Positions 38,325 to 47,481 of a DNA stretch of 64,000 nucleotides are shown one piece after another (the first letter of the stretch is position 1; every line of letters starts with the position of its first letter). The translations under genes and the position numbers were made by a program. The stretch is from Candidatus Saccharimonadia bacterium. GTDB taxonomy: Bacteria > Patescibacteriota > Saccharimonadia > UBA4664. Below the pieces are notes generated by a model that had not been told where the DNA came from, did no database searches, and was given only the letters and a program-made list of their open reading frames with translations. Where the stretch lies: contig DASXHH010000009.1 of the NCBI GenBank assembly GCA_036488585.1, positions 366 to 64,365 on the forward strand, read 5' to 3'.

Positions 38325-39491
38325 CTACCCGACTTTGCCGAAGCCAGATGCCATTAAATTGAGTATCACCAGGGTGAGGCCGGAGAGCTGAGCGGCGGCG
38401 AACAGGCGGTAACGGGGGCTACGCCAGCGCGACAGACCCTTGCGCCATACCACCATGTGTGTGGCCGCGTACACGACGAGCAGCAGCAATAGCAGCATGA
38501 GCGTGGCCTGGGTATTCCAGCTGAGGGTGGCCACAACGGATAGTGGACGGAACAGACTATAGGCCTGAGGCTTGGGAGCCAAGGTGCCCGCTGGCGCCGG
38601 CGAGATTTCGCCGCTCACGACCGGCGGCGTGCCGATAGGCGTGGGCACTGGAGTGGGCGTAGGAACCGGGGTCGACACTGGAGTGGAGGCGGGGGTGGAG
38701 GCGGCGGCCACAGTGGGTCGTGGGGTGGTGGCCGGTGCTGGTGCTGCGGCCACCGGCTGGGCGGCTGTGGCGCCATAATGCGCCACCACCAACGTGGTCG
38801 GCTCGTTGGCCTGGGCTACTGGTGCGGTGCAGGTGGGCGTGGTGTAAGCCGAGCTGCCGCTCGAGGGAATGCTGTCGTAGGGCGACTGGCCGTTTTCCAC
38901 CGCGAAGCCGACGTCGGTATAGTGAGGATTGAGGATGTTGGCGCGGTGGCCGGGCGAATTCATCCAGCCATCCATCACGCCCTGGGCGGTGTCGAAGTCT
39001 TTAGCCAGGTTTTCGCCAGCGTAGGTGTAGTTGTAGCCAGCCAGCGTAAACCAGTGCCAGGGTTGGACGCAGGCCGGGCTGACATGGTTCCAGTAGTCGT
39101 TTGCGAACATGTCTTGGGCCTTCATGGAGGCGGAATTGTTAAGTCGCGCGTCCATGCGCAGAGCGGGCAAGCCACCTGCGGCGCGCTGTTGGTTGGTGAG
39201 ATCGAGCAGCTGGGTGGGCGTGATGCTGCCGGTGGCGTAGGACAGCACGTTACCGCCATTGGTGCTGCCGGCACCTTTCACTATAGGGGTCGGGGCGGAA
39301 TGGTGGATGGCCGTCGCCAGCGCGGAGGCTTGCAACCCGACGATTAGCACGGCCATCAGGGCCAGGCCGGGCAGACGGATCAAGTGGGGGCGATGGTCGT
39401 TGTGGGTATGCGGTACCAACCAGCGCTTGGCGTGACGCGCGAGGTGGTGATGCAACCGAACGGGTTGAGTTTTGCGCTTAGGTGTTCGCAT
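38325..39491 (-). CDS. secreted CAP/SCP/PR-1 domain protein with PT-rich linker and C-terminal TM segments
   Basis: CAP motifs (LLDLTNQQRAAGGLPAL; GENLA; GHRANILNPHYTDVGFAV). Low-complexity PVPTPTPVPTP linker. Confidence 0.7.
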   Translation of the reverse strand: MRTPKRKTQPVRLHHHLARHAKRWLVPHTHNDHRPHLIRLPGLALMAVLIVGLQASALATAIHHSAPTPIVKGAGSTNGGNVLSYATGSITPTQLLDLTNQQRAAGGLPALRMDARLNNSASMKAQDMFANDYWNHVSPACVQPWHWFTLAGYNYTYAGENLAKDFDTAQGVMDGWMNSPGHRANILNPHYTDVGFAVENGQSPYDSIPSSGSSAYTTPTCTAPVAQANEPTTLVVAHYGATAAQPVAAAPAPATTPRPTVAAASTPASTPVSTPVPTPTPVPTPIGTPPVVSGEISPAPAGTLAPKPQAYSLFRPLSVVATLSWNTQATLMLLLLLLVVYAATHMVVWRKGLSRWRSPRYRLFAAAQLSGLTLVILNLMASGFGKVG

Positions 39492-39545
39492 AAAATGCCT
39501 ACGTTAATTGTACACAGTCTTTTTGCTGAGGTGTACCATGAGATC

Positions 39546-40268
39546 ATGGAAGTTCTTACGGTTAAGAAGTTATACAAACAGTACGGGCGGGCCGAAGCCG
39601 CTCGCGACATCAGTTTTTCAGTCGCAGAGGGTGAAATATTTTCGCTGGTGGGCCCTAACGGTGCAGGCAAATCAACCACTTTGCGTATGATCGCAACGAT
39701 CCTGCGGCCGACTGCGGGTGAGATTAAGATTGCTGGGCACGATGTACAGCAGGAGTCCGGGAAGGTCCGTGAATTAATTACCTACTTGCCAGAGGAATCG
39801 GGAGCATACAAAGCGCTAACAGGCCGGGCTTACCTTAAATTCATGGCAGGTCTGTATAGTACCGATGCGGCGAAGCAGCATGAGTACGTGCACAAAGCCG
39901 AAGAAATCACCGACTTGGGCGAGAAGTTAGATACCAAGATCGGCACTTACAGCAAGGGCATGACGCGTAAGCTACTGCTGGCCAGGGCCATGATGACTGC
40001 TCCGAGACTGGCGATACTGGATGAGCCGACCAGCGGGTTGGACGTGCTCAACTCGCTGGAGATCCGCAAATTGATCCGGCGGTTGGCCGAGCACGGCACA
40101 GCGGTACTGCTGTCGAGCCACAATATGCTCGAAATTGAATATTTATCCGACCGGATAGGCCTGATCGTGAGCGGACAACTAAAGGAAGTGGGGACGGCTG
40201 AGGCGCTCAAGTCTAAGCACAAGGCCCGGAACCTGGAAGAGGTATTTTTGAAGGTGGCACAGGCATGA
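39546..40268 (+). CDS. ABC transporter ATP-binding protein (ABC-2/NatA-like)
   Basis: Walker A GPNGAGKST, signature YSKGMTRK, Walker B LAILDEPTSGLD, H-loop. Confidence 0.9.
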   Translation: MEVLTVKKLYKQYGRAEAARDISFSVAEGEIFSLVGPNGAGKSTTLRMIATILRPTAGEIKIAGHDVQQESGKVRELITYLPEESGAYKALTGRAYLKFMAGLYSTDAAKQHEYVHKAEEITDLGEKLDTKIGTYSKGMTRKLLLARAMMTAPRLAILDEPTSGLDVLNSLEIRKLIRRLAEHGTAVLLSSHNMLEIEYLSDRIGLIVSGQLKEVGTAEALKSKHKARNLEEVFLKVAQA

Positions 40269-41527
40269 AACGATTTATGGTGCTGCTGGGCAAAGAGTTG
40301 CGGGAACTCCTGACACCGCAGACGATTTTGCCGATAGTGCTGGTAATTTTGGCCTTCATCGGACTGGGCAAGGTTCTTTCCCAACAGAGCAAGGTGGCGA
40401 GCAAACCCCAGCCGGTGCTGGTGGTGGACCACGATAGCACACCAGCCTCAGCGGCAGTGGCGAAGCTACTGAAGGCGAGCAACTTTGATGTGACCCAGCA
40501 AGCCAGCGACCCGGATTTCAGTCAGAACATTGCCCAAAAAGCGGTGGTAGTGATTCCGGCGGGTTTTGGACGCGACCTGGCTGCCGGCAAGCAGACCACC
40601 CTCGAGACTTACACGGTGCAGAGTGGGTTTTCGCTGGCCAAGATAGCCAACGCCACCCTCCTGACCGGCTTAACAGCCCAACTAAATACTGCCTTGGCAG
40701 CAAGCCGGATAGCGCAAATCGCACCCCGTCTGGACCCGACCAAGGTGCTGGCGCCAGTAAAGAACGACGAGCACATAGTGGCAAATGGCAAAGTGGCGAA
40801 TATTAGCCCCGACAAAATTGCCGCCTATTTGGGCTCCCAGATCACCTTCGTGCCGGTGATACTATTCATTGTGATCGTATTTGCCGGCCAAATGGTGGCT
40901 ACGGCCATGGCGAACGAGAAAGAGAATAAGACGCTGGAGACGCTGCTGTCGCTACCGATTTCGCGGACCACGATTGTCGGGGCAAAAATGCTGGCAGCCG
41001 CCATTGTGGCCGGCGCGACGGCCGTGGCCTACATTTATGGTCTTCATAGTCTGCAGTCGTCTTTCACCGGCGGCGTGGCAGTGGACGATGCCACCAAGGC
41101 GGCGGCAAGCCAGTTGGGGCTGACCCTCTCGACCAGCAGCTATGTAATGCTAGGTGTAGCTTTGTTTCTTGGGATACTGGCGGCTTTGGCGATCGCGCTG
41201 GTGCTCGGAGCATTCGCCGATAACATCAAGAGCATCCAGGCGCTAATTATGCCGCTGCTACTGCTACTATTAGTGCCGTACCTCGCAACGATGGCGACCG
41301 ACATCCAGACACTGCCTGGCTGGTTCAGGGGCGTGCTTTATGTGATTCCCTTCACCTACACCTTCCAGGCCATGCCCAACTTGTACCTCCACAACTATGG
41401 CTTGGTAGCCCTTGGCAGCCTGTATGAGTTGGTGTTTTTCATAGTGTTTATGGTAATAGCGGGGCGACTGTTCGCTTCCGACCGGCTACTAACGCTGCGT
41501 CCGGGCAGCTTGTTTTCGAGGAAATAA
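40265..41527 (+). CDS. ABC-2 family transporter permease
   Basis: N-terminal TM, large extracytoplasmic loop, and 5 C-terminal TMs. Overlaps the ATPase gene by 4 nt (ATGA). Confidence 0.8.
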   Translation: MKRFMVLLGKELRELLTPQTILPIVLVILAFIGLGKVLSQQSKVASKPQPVLVVDHDSTPASAAVAKLLKASNFDVTQQASDPDFSQNIAQKAVVVIPAGFGRDLAAGKQTTLETYTVQSGFSLAKIANATLLTGLTAQLNTALAASRIAQIAPRLDPTKVLAPVKNDEHIVANGKVANISPDKIAAYLGSQITFVPVILFIVIVFAGQMVATAMANEKENKTLETLLSLPISRTTIVGAKMLAAAIVAGATAVAYIYGLHSLQSSFTGGVAVDDATKAAASQLGLTLSTSSYVMLGVALFLGILAALAIALVLGAFADNIKSIQALIMPLLLLLLVPYLATMATDIQTLPGWFRGVLYVIPFTYTFQAMPNLYLHNYGLVALGSLYELVFFIVFMVIAGRLFASDRLLTLRPGSLFSRK

Positions 41528-41532
41528 GCAGA

Positions 41533-43209
41533 CTACTGGCCGGCTTGAGGCGTAACCTCAGCTAGGGCCTGAGCCATCGTGAGGTTGGCGAGGCCGGCGT
41601 TGTGAACGGTAGTCATTTCGGTGGTGAAGTCGGCGGGCGTGGTGTTGTACTCGCCGGCTGCGGGATCGGTGCTGACCTGGTGGTAAACCAAGATGAGCCA
41701 GGTATGATCGGCCGCCGCCTGGTTGATCCAGGCTTGGACCTGGGCCGGAGTGGTGGTGTTGGTGATGTTTTGGACCCGCAACCGGTAGATGTCGAGGTCG
41801 TCTTTCGAGTTGTAACCGGGATCGGTGGTACGCTGTGAGGCGTAATACTGCTGAATCGCGGCGACGGTGCGGTTGTCGTAGGTGCCGTAGGGCGAGGCGA
41901 AATCGGTGACGGGACTACCAAGAACGCTCTGGAGCTTAGTTTGGCTGTTTTTGAGCTCGTTGGTCAGCCGAGTGGCCCCAAGTGTGGTGAGATCGGGGTG
42001 AGTGACCGTGTGTGAGCCAATCTCCATGCCGGCGGCCTTTAGAGCCTTCACCTGGGCCGCAGTCATATAGTCGGGCTGAGAGGTGAGGTTTCCAGAAATG
42101 ATGTAGAAGGTGCCATGTAGGCCGTTTTGCTGCAGGATGGGCAAGGCATTAGTGTACTGATTAGTAAAACCATCGTCGAGGGTGACAGTGACAAGGCCGC
42201 GACTGAAGCCAGTGGGATGGTACTGCGACATGGCATAGTCGTCGGTTTGGAGCCAGCCGTTGGAGTAGAGCAGGTGCATCACCGAGGCGGAGACGGCGCC
42301 GGCGGGCATGTCGTACTCAAGACGCTCCTTGGTCCAGCCCACGGTCTTTAAAGCTGAGCCCATGTAGAGATACTGGGTAGAGCCATCTTGCATGGTAACG
42401 GCGATGTCGACTTCGGTGGCCACATTGGATTGGTACCAGTCGGTGAAGAGGTAATGGCCGCCGGCGACTACGGGTTGGGGCTGGTACATCCAGTTGGCGG
42501 TGCCGCTCTGGTAATTCGACAGTGTGACCTTGAGGCTATGGGTGCCGGTGTGGCCGGAATTCAAATAGGCAAAAGCGTGGGTATTGGTGCCCCAGACAGT
42601 CTTTGTCCAAGAGTTGGGCTGACCGCCTGTGTTGGCTTCGACCGAGGGGTTGGGTACGCCGGAGGCAACTGCAGAACTGGCGTTGGTGAGCGAGAAGTTG
42701 TCGGTGGCGAGGGTGCCGTTGGCCGCAATTAGATGGAAAATTGTAATGAATTTGGCGTTCGCTGGGGCGGTGAAGTTGGCACTCACCTGCTGCCAGCTGG
42801 AACTCGCAGGCACGGTTTGGAGATCGAGATAGGTGTAATTGCCGGAGCCGTCATCGGACTGCACAACCACCGAGGTGCCAACGGTAGCGTGGTAGTAGTC
42901 GCTAAAAGCGTACTGCTGGCTACCGCTGACCGCCACCGGGGTGAAGTACCACTTAGCGTCTCCGCTCTGGTAGCCGGACATGGTAATACCGAGGGCGTGC
43001 GAGCCGTCCTGGGCGCCGGACGCTAGGTAGCTAAAAGTGGCCGTGCCGGTGCCCCATTGGCCTTGGCTCCAGCCCGTGGGCTGACCGGCCGAGGCGGTTT
43101 CGGCCGAGGGGTTAGCGATGATATTGGTGGAGGCAGATGCAGGGTTAATTGGCAACAACAAACTAACCGCCAGCAGTCCAGCCGCCGTGATGCGCGAAAA
43201 CAGTTTCAA
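41533..43209 (-). CDS. secreted polysaccharide deacetylase (CE4/NodB domain) with two N-terminal CBM-like beta-sandwich repeats
   Basis: NodB motifs VTVTLDDGF, HGTFYIISG and IGSHTVTHPDLT. Two ~140-aa repeats each ending in ...TDDY/TDNF. Signal peptide. TTG start preceded by AAAGGAAG. Confidence 0.8.
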   Translation of the reverse strand: MKLFSRITAAGLLAVSLLLPINPASASTNIIANPSAETASAGQPTGWSQGQWGTGTATFSYLASGAQDGSHALGITMSGYQSGDAKWYFTPVAVSGSQQYAFSDYYHATVGTSVVVQSDDGSGNYTYLDLQTVPASSSWQQVSANFTAPANAKFITIFHLIAANGTLATDNFSLTNASSAVASGVPNPSVEANTGGQPNSWTKTVWGTNTHAFAYLNSGHTGTHSLKVTLSNYQSGTANWMYQPQPVVAGGHYLFTDWYQSNVATEVDIAVTMQDGSTQYLYMGSALKTVGWTKERLEYDMPAGAVSASVMHLLYSNGWLQTDDYAMSQYHPTGFSRGLVTVTLDDGFTNQYTNALPILQQNGLHGTFYIISGNLTSQPDYMTAAQVKALKAAGMEIGSHTVTHPDLTTLGATRLTNELKNSQTKLQSVLGSPVTDFASPYGTYDNRTVAAIQQYYASQRTTDPGYNSKDDLDIYRLRVQNITNTTTPAQVQAWINQAAADHTWLILVYHQVSTDPAAGEYNTTPADFTTEMTTVHNAGLANLTMAQALAEVTPQAGQ

Positions 43210-43279
43210 CCTGCTTCCTTTCAGTTATTTAGATATGAAGACGCGGGGGCTGACCCCCGGTAAATAAGGCGACTCTGGC

Positions 43280-43387
43280 TTAGTGTAGCCCTGCCCAAAG
43301 CAAAAACTGTCTGCCAGTGAATACAAACTGGTAGATCAATAATGCAGCGAGAACAGCTACGCCAATCCAGGTGATCCAGCGCTGCAT
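43280..43387 (-). CDS. 35-aa single-TM peptide (MQRWITWIGVAVLAALLIYQFVFTGRQFLLWAGLH)
   Basis: Its ATG lies 4 nt after the stop of the upstream peptide gene, in operon orientation. There is no SD of its own, so it may be coupled to the upstream gene or spurious. Confidence 0.25.
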   Translation of the reverse strand: MQRWITWIGVAVLAALLIYQFVFTGRQFLLWAGLH

Positions 43388-43391
43388 GGTA

Positions 43392-43571
43392 TTAGCGCTT
43401 AAACATTGCCTGGGCCATGTATACAACTGCCCAAGTCGCAAGACCAGCGGCAGCAGCGACAGCCACGTGGGTAGCCGAGCTCATACCGGTCTGGGGCAAA
43501 ACAGTGGTACAGGCAGCGGCGGCGCCACCGGCGATGGTGCAGGAACCTAGAACTTGTCCGTTTCCGTACAT
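43392..43571 (-). CDS. 59-aa peptide with LPQTG + hydrophobic segment + KR tail (cell-wall sorting-signal-like), Cys/Thr/Gly-rich N-terminus
   Basis: GAAAGGAAAG Shine-Dalgarno 4 nt upstream of the ATG. Sits between the GT2 and CE4 genes on the same strand. MYGNGQVLGSCTIAGGAAAACTTV-LPQTG-MSSATHVAVAAAAGLATWAVVYMAQAMF-KR. Confidence 0.45.
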   Translation of the reverse strand: MYGNGQVLGSCTIAGGAAAACTTVLPQTGMSSATHVAVAAAAGLATWAVVYMAQAMFKR

Positions 43572-43585
43572 TGCTTTCCTTTCAG

Positions 43586-44671
43586 TTAATTATTACTTAC
43601 CGCTTCAGTCGCGATGCGGTATCGGCGCCCAGCGGTGCTCCAGCCTGGTGTGGCCGAGCGGAATTTGTGCTGGACGACGATTTCGTACCACGCCCTGAAG
43701 AAGGCAAACAGGTTTACAAATCGCAGGATGTAGAAGAACGGGAAGCCGGAAATCACGTCGGCGCGGTTGTTAACGCCGGCAGCCCAGACGGTGATGCCAA
43801 AGAAGATAGTGAGGTCAGTAAGGAACATGAGCGAGACGGGGCCATAATTTTGCCCCCACCAGGCCAGAAATGGCAGGATGGTGATCTCGGCCAACAGGAT
43901 GAGCTCTTCGGCTACCATCCACAACATATAGCCGTCGACGCGGTGAGGCCGCAGACCGATTTTGTGGCGCAACATAACCTGCCAGGCGCCACGATACCAG
44001 CGCATCACCTGTTTGAAGTAGTCACTGAAGTCCTTGGGATCTTGGGTGAAGGCTTTGGCTTGCGGGATGAAGGCGATCTTGCCGAGTTTCTTGCGGTGAA
44101 TCTGGATGGTGAGGTCCATATCCTCGGTCAGGGATTCGGAATTGAAGTCGAGGTGCTCCAGGATGTCGGTGCGATAAATGCAGGTGGCGCCGGGAATGAC
44201 AGGGATGGCGCCGATGGCGGCCTGAATGCGGCGCATCACCTCAAGGCCAAGCGTGTACTCGAAGGTGCGGTATTTGGAGATCCAGCCGGCCTTGATGCTC
44301 TGGAGATGTCCGGTGGCGGCACAGTATTTGGTGGACAGGCGATTGGTAAGCTCGGCAAAGTAGTTTGGACCAAAGACGCCGTCGGCGTCAGCGATGTGGA
44401 CCCACTCGTAACGATCGGCGATACCGAAGTACTTCAAGCCGCTGAGAATGGCAACGCCCTTGCCGCTTTGGGGCTGCTGAATTACGTGGCCGTCGTCAAG
44501 CATTAGATATGCCAGATCGACGGTCCAGTCGGTGGAGCCGTCGGAGACCAAGAAGATGTCCTCGCGAGGTTGGCCAGCATCAAGAGCCGAGCGAATGGTG
44601 TCGGCGACCACCATCTGCTCGTTGTGGGCTGGAATCAGCAAAGCAAGTTTTCGCTTAGGACTGCGATCCAT
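43586..44671 (-). CDS. processive family-2 glycosyltransferase (PgaC/IcaA/NodC/cellulose-synthase-like)
   Basis: DAD (HIADADGV), TED (SLTEDMDLT) and QxxRW (QVMRWYRG) motifs, with C-terminal TM helices. Confidence 0.85.
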   Translation of the reverse strand: MDRSPKRKLALLIPAHNEQMVVADTIRSALDAGQPREDIFLVSDGSTDWTVDLAYLMLDDGHVIQQPQSGKGVAILSGLKYFGIADRYEWVHIADADGVFGPNYFAELTNRLSTKYCAATGHLQSIKAGWISKYRTFEYTLGLEVMRRIQAAIGAIPVIPGATCIYRTDILEHLDFNSESLTEDMDLTIQIHRKKLGKIAFIPQAKAFTQDPKDFSDYFKQVMRWYRGAWQVMLRHKIGLRPHRVDGYMLWMVAEELILLAEITILPFLAWWGQNYGPVSLMFLTDLTIFFGITVWAAGVNNRADVISGFPFFYILRFVNLFAFFRAWYEIVVQHKFRSATPGWSTAGRRYRIATEAVSNN

Positions 44672-44734
44672 TGCTACACCCTTTCGTGTGATGAAACATC
44701 ATACCGAAATTTGGTCATTTTGTCAAAGCCTACT

Positions 44735-46123
44735 TTAATGCTTAAGCTGTGGTTGGAGTTCTGCATAAGCGTCGTGTACAGTCTTCACCGAAATGCCGGA
44801 CGCGACGACTTTTTGCATGTCGTGAGCAAAGTCGACGTTGTTGCGAGAGAAGGGCGAGCCGGAGGTGTCGACCTGGTGGTACACGAGGATCAGCCAGGCA
44901 TGGTTGGCCTTGGCGGCGTCGAGCCAGCCCTGCAGTTGCTGAGGAGTAGTGTTAACGCTCATATTTACAACCTTGAGCTCGTAAGGGTTGAAGTGGTCGG
45001 CGGTGTTGAGGCCAGTGTCGGTGGAGCGGGCGGTTTGGTAGAGGCCCTTGATAGCGGTTGTGGTACGGACGTTATAGGTGCCATACGGGGCAGCGAAGTC
45101 GGTAGCGGGGTTGTAGCATTTGCTAATAGCGTTGTGCGGAATCGTCAGTTCAGTCCCCAGCTGTTTGTCATTTTGCTTGGTGAGATCGGGGTGAGTGAGG
45201 GTGTGAGATGCGATTTCGTGGCCGGCATTGCGGAAGTCGTAGATATCGCTGGCGGTTTCATAGCCCTTAGTGCCCAGAATGCCGGTCACGATGTACTGCG
45301 TGGAGACCACCCCGTACTGCTTCATGATCGGCAGGGCGTTGGCGTGGGCGCTCTCCCAGCCGTCGTCGAAGGTGATCGAAACCAGCGGCTGCTTAAACTG
45401 GGCTGACGGTGTGGCGGCCTGCAAGGAGTAATCGTCGGTCTCGAGGGCGCCGGCTCGGTCGAGGGTGTGAGATACCATGGCCTGATGCACGTTGCCAGGA
45501 ACGGCAAAGCGCACCGTGTACTGGGTCCAGTTGGTGGAGGACGGAATGGTGCCGAGGCTGTAGTAGCGCTGGTTACCCTGGTCGTCCTTGAACTGGAGGG
45601 TGACATGGGTGGTGACGTTGGAGCGGTAATAATCGCTGAACTGATAGTAGCCGTTTGGCTGGACGCTCGTGAGACCAGTGAACCAGTCGGCAGTACCGTC
45701 CTTGAAGTCGGTGATGTCAATGCGCAGCGCGCGACCGGAGTCGTGGCCCAATACTTGGGTAAACCTGGCATTGTTGTTGCCGGTGTGGTTGTTGTACCAA
45801 CTGGTGGGATTGCCGGCGCTAAGGGTTTCGACGCCGGGGTTCGGGATCAGGTTGGGGCCAGAGGTGGTGACCGGCTGCTGGATGGTGAGCGCGGTGTCGG
45901 ACTCAGAGTCGGTGGCTTGTGACGAGTTGGCGGCGCTGGGAGCATCGGCCACTAAGGCGCCAGGTGCGTTGGTACGGCCCAGGAAGGCGCCGGCTCGGCA
46001 GCGACTCTCATTAATCATCTGGACCGGGTTAACGCCGGCATAACCGACCTGAAACGATCCAAAGCCGCCGATAATTGCGGCAGCGACAAATATGACAATG
46101 CGCTTAGAGAAATGTATGGCCAT
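44735..46123 (-). CDS. secreted polysaccharide deacetylase (CE4/NodB) with one N-terminal CBM-like domain
   Basis: VSITFDDGWESAHANALPIM, HEIASHTLTHPDLT, signal peptide. Confidence 0.8.
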   Translation of the reverse strand: MAIHFSKRIVIFVAAAIIGGFGSFQVGYAGVNPVQMINESRCRAGAFLGRTNAPGALVADAPSAANSSQATDSESDTALTIQQPVTTSGPNLIPNPGVETLSAGNPTSWYNNHTGNNNARFTQVLGHDSGRALRIDITDFKDGTADWFTGLTSVQPNGYYQFSDYYRSNVTTHVTLQFKDDQGNQRYYSLGTIPSSTNWTQYTVRFAVPGNVHQAMVSHTLDRAGALETDDYSLQAATPSAQFKQPLVSITFDDGWESAHANALPIMKQYGVVSTQYIVTGILGTKGYETASDIYDFRNAGHEIASHTLTHPDLTKQNDKQLGTELTIPHNAISKCYNPATDFAAPYGTYNVRTTTAIKGLYQTARSTDTGLNTADHFNPYELKVVNMSVNTTPQQLQGWLDAAKANHAWLILVYHQVDTSGSPFSRNNVDFAHDMQKVVASGISVKTVHDAYAELQPQLKH

Positions 46124-46237
46124 GGTTCATAATCACAAAAGGATTAATCACCATACATTTTATCTGGTGTTTTGTCAACTGCGGCTACGTACTATTTGGG
46201 GCTTGGGAGCACGTAGCCCGCTCTTTTAGAAGCTTGT

Positions 46238-46882
46238 CTACTGGCAGCGGTGGTATTCAAGGGAAATGCGGAAACTGACCGGCTGGGTGAGCTTGGGCGT
46301 TTTGGCAATGAAATAGCGGTTGGTGGCAGTATTGGCAACAGGACAGGTCACAGTGGGAACGGTGAGCGTAGCGTCGACGGTAGTACCGGCGGAGCTGGCG
46401 ATGACGCCGGTGACCTTGAGACCGTAACCGTTGGTGAGCTCGCGGCCACTGGAGAGAGAAACGATGTCGGAGGAGTTAAAGTCGACCGGCAGGATGGGCG
46501 GAATCGAGGGCAGGCCGCTGTGTACTTGGTCCCAATACTGCTGCCAGGCGGCCTGAGTAGTGATAACTTCCTGGCGCTTGGGATAGTTGCCGCCGCTATC
46601 TCCTTCTACCATGAGTTCGAACGGCAAAGTTTGGCCGGCGGGCTCCGTTGGCGTCGTGATGGCATCGCCCAGGAAGGCGCGATGGCCGTCGCTGCAGGCG
46701 GGCGGATTGGTGTCGGTAACGATATAGCCTGCCTGGGTACACTGCGCGAACGAGGTGATGGGCGGCGCCATGCGGCCGCGAAACGCCCAGGATGCCAGCG
46801 CCGACACCACGAATAGGCCTAAGATGGCACCTCCGGCGAGGATTTGTTGACGGCGGCTAAGCGTTCGCAGAGTGATGGCCAC
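46238..46882 (-). CDS. hypothetical N-terminally anchored extracytoplasmic protein (214 aa)
   Basis: One TM (ILAGGAILGLFVVSALASWAF). No confident family assignment. Confidence 0.5.
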   Translation of the reverse strand: MAITLRTLSRRQQILAGGAILGLFVVSALASWAFRGRMAPPITSFAQCTQAGYIVTDTNPPACSDGHRAFLGDAITTPTEPAGQTLPFELMVEGDSGGNYPKRQEVITTQAAWQQYWDQVHSGLPSIPPILPVDFNSSDIVSLSSGRELTNGYGLKVTGVIASSAGTTVDATLTVPTVTCPVANTATNRYFIAKTPKLTQPVSFRISLEYHRCQ

Positions 46883-46884
46883 GA

Positions 46885-47481
46885 TTATAGCTCTTTGGTG
46901 AGGTCCGGCAGTTTACGGTTTTTTTCTTCTATGAGGTCGATGAGGTCGTCGACGAGCGCAGCGGGATCGTGATTGAAAATAATGCCGGTGCGGGCGCGCT
47001 TGGCGGATTTAAGCACGCGCTCGACCTCCTCGGTCATGCCACCGGAGCCGAGCAACACCCCAATGGGTTTGCGCTCCTCGATGGCGATGGTGAGCTCGTT
47101 TAAGGTGCCGATGCGGCCACCCACCATCACCACGGCGTCGGAGCTGCGCACGAGCAGCAGGTTGCGGCCAGTGTACTCGAAACCGGTAAAGAGGATGGTG
47201 TCGAAGGCGTCGACCGGTAGCTGGTATTTTTTGACGTGGGCAATACGACTAGCTGCCGGCGAGAAGCCGATGGAGCTGACGGTGTCGGGTGCGGCCTCTT
47301 TGGCGGCCACGGCGGCATAGTACGGCAGGCCGCGGGTGGCGCCGGAGATCACGAGGTGGCCGCGCCGCACTATTTCGCGGGCAGCCTCGGCGGCCAATTG
47401 CTTGCCCATCTCAATGCTCGGCCCGCGGGCGGCACCAGACACGCAGATCTGGTAGCGAATTTTACTAGCTTTCTGGGTCAC
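46885..47481 (-). CDS. LOG-family / TIGR00725-like Rossmann-fold nucleotide-binding protein
   Basis: ICVSGAARG, VISGATRGLPYYAA and VVMVGGRIGTLNELT motifs of the LOG/YvdD/SLOG superfamily. GTG start overlaps the upstream stop by 1 nt. Confidence 0.7.
   Translation of the reverse strand: MTQKASKIRYQICVSGAARGPSIEMGKQLAAEAAREIVRRGHLVISGATRGLPYYAAVAAKEAAPDTVSSIGFSPAASRIAHVKKYQLPVDAFDTILFTGFEYTGRNLLLVRSSDAVVMVGGRIGTLNELTIAIEERKPIGVLLGSGGMTEEVERVLKSAKRARTGIIFNHDPAALVDDLIDLIEEKNRKLPDLTKEL

Noticed and set aside
38560-38790. Apparent short tandem DNA repeats (ggagtgg/gtaggaac... and, at 61380-61480, catgggcatgggcatggg), considered as possible CRISPR/VNTR
   Set aside because: They sit inside coding regions and translate to Pro/Thr/Val or Pro-Met linker repeats of secreted proteins. 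There is no repeat-spacer periodicity and no cas genes anywhere in the window.
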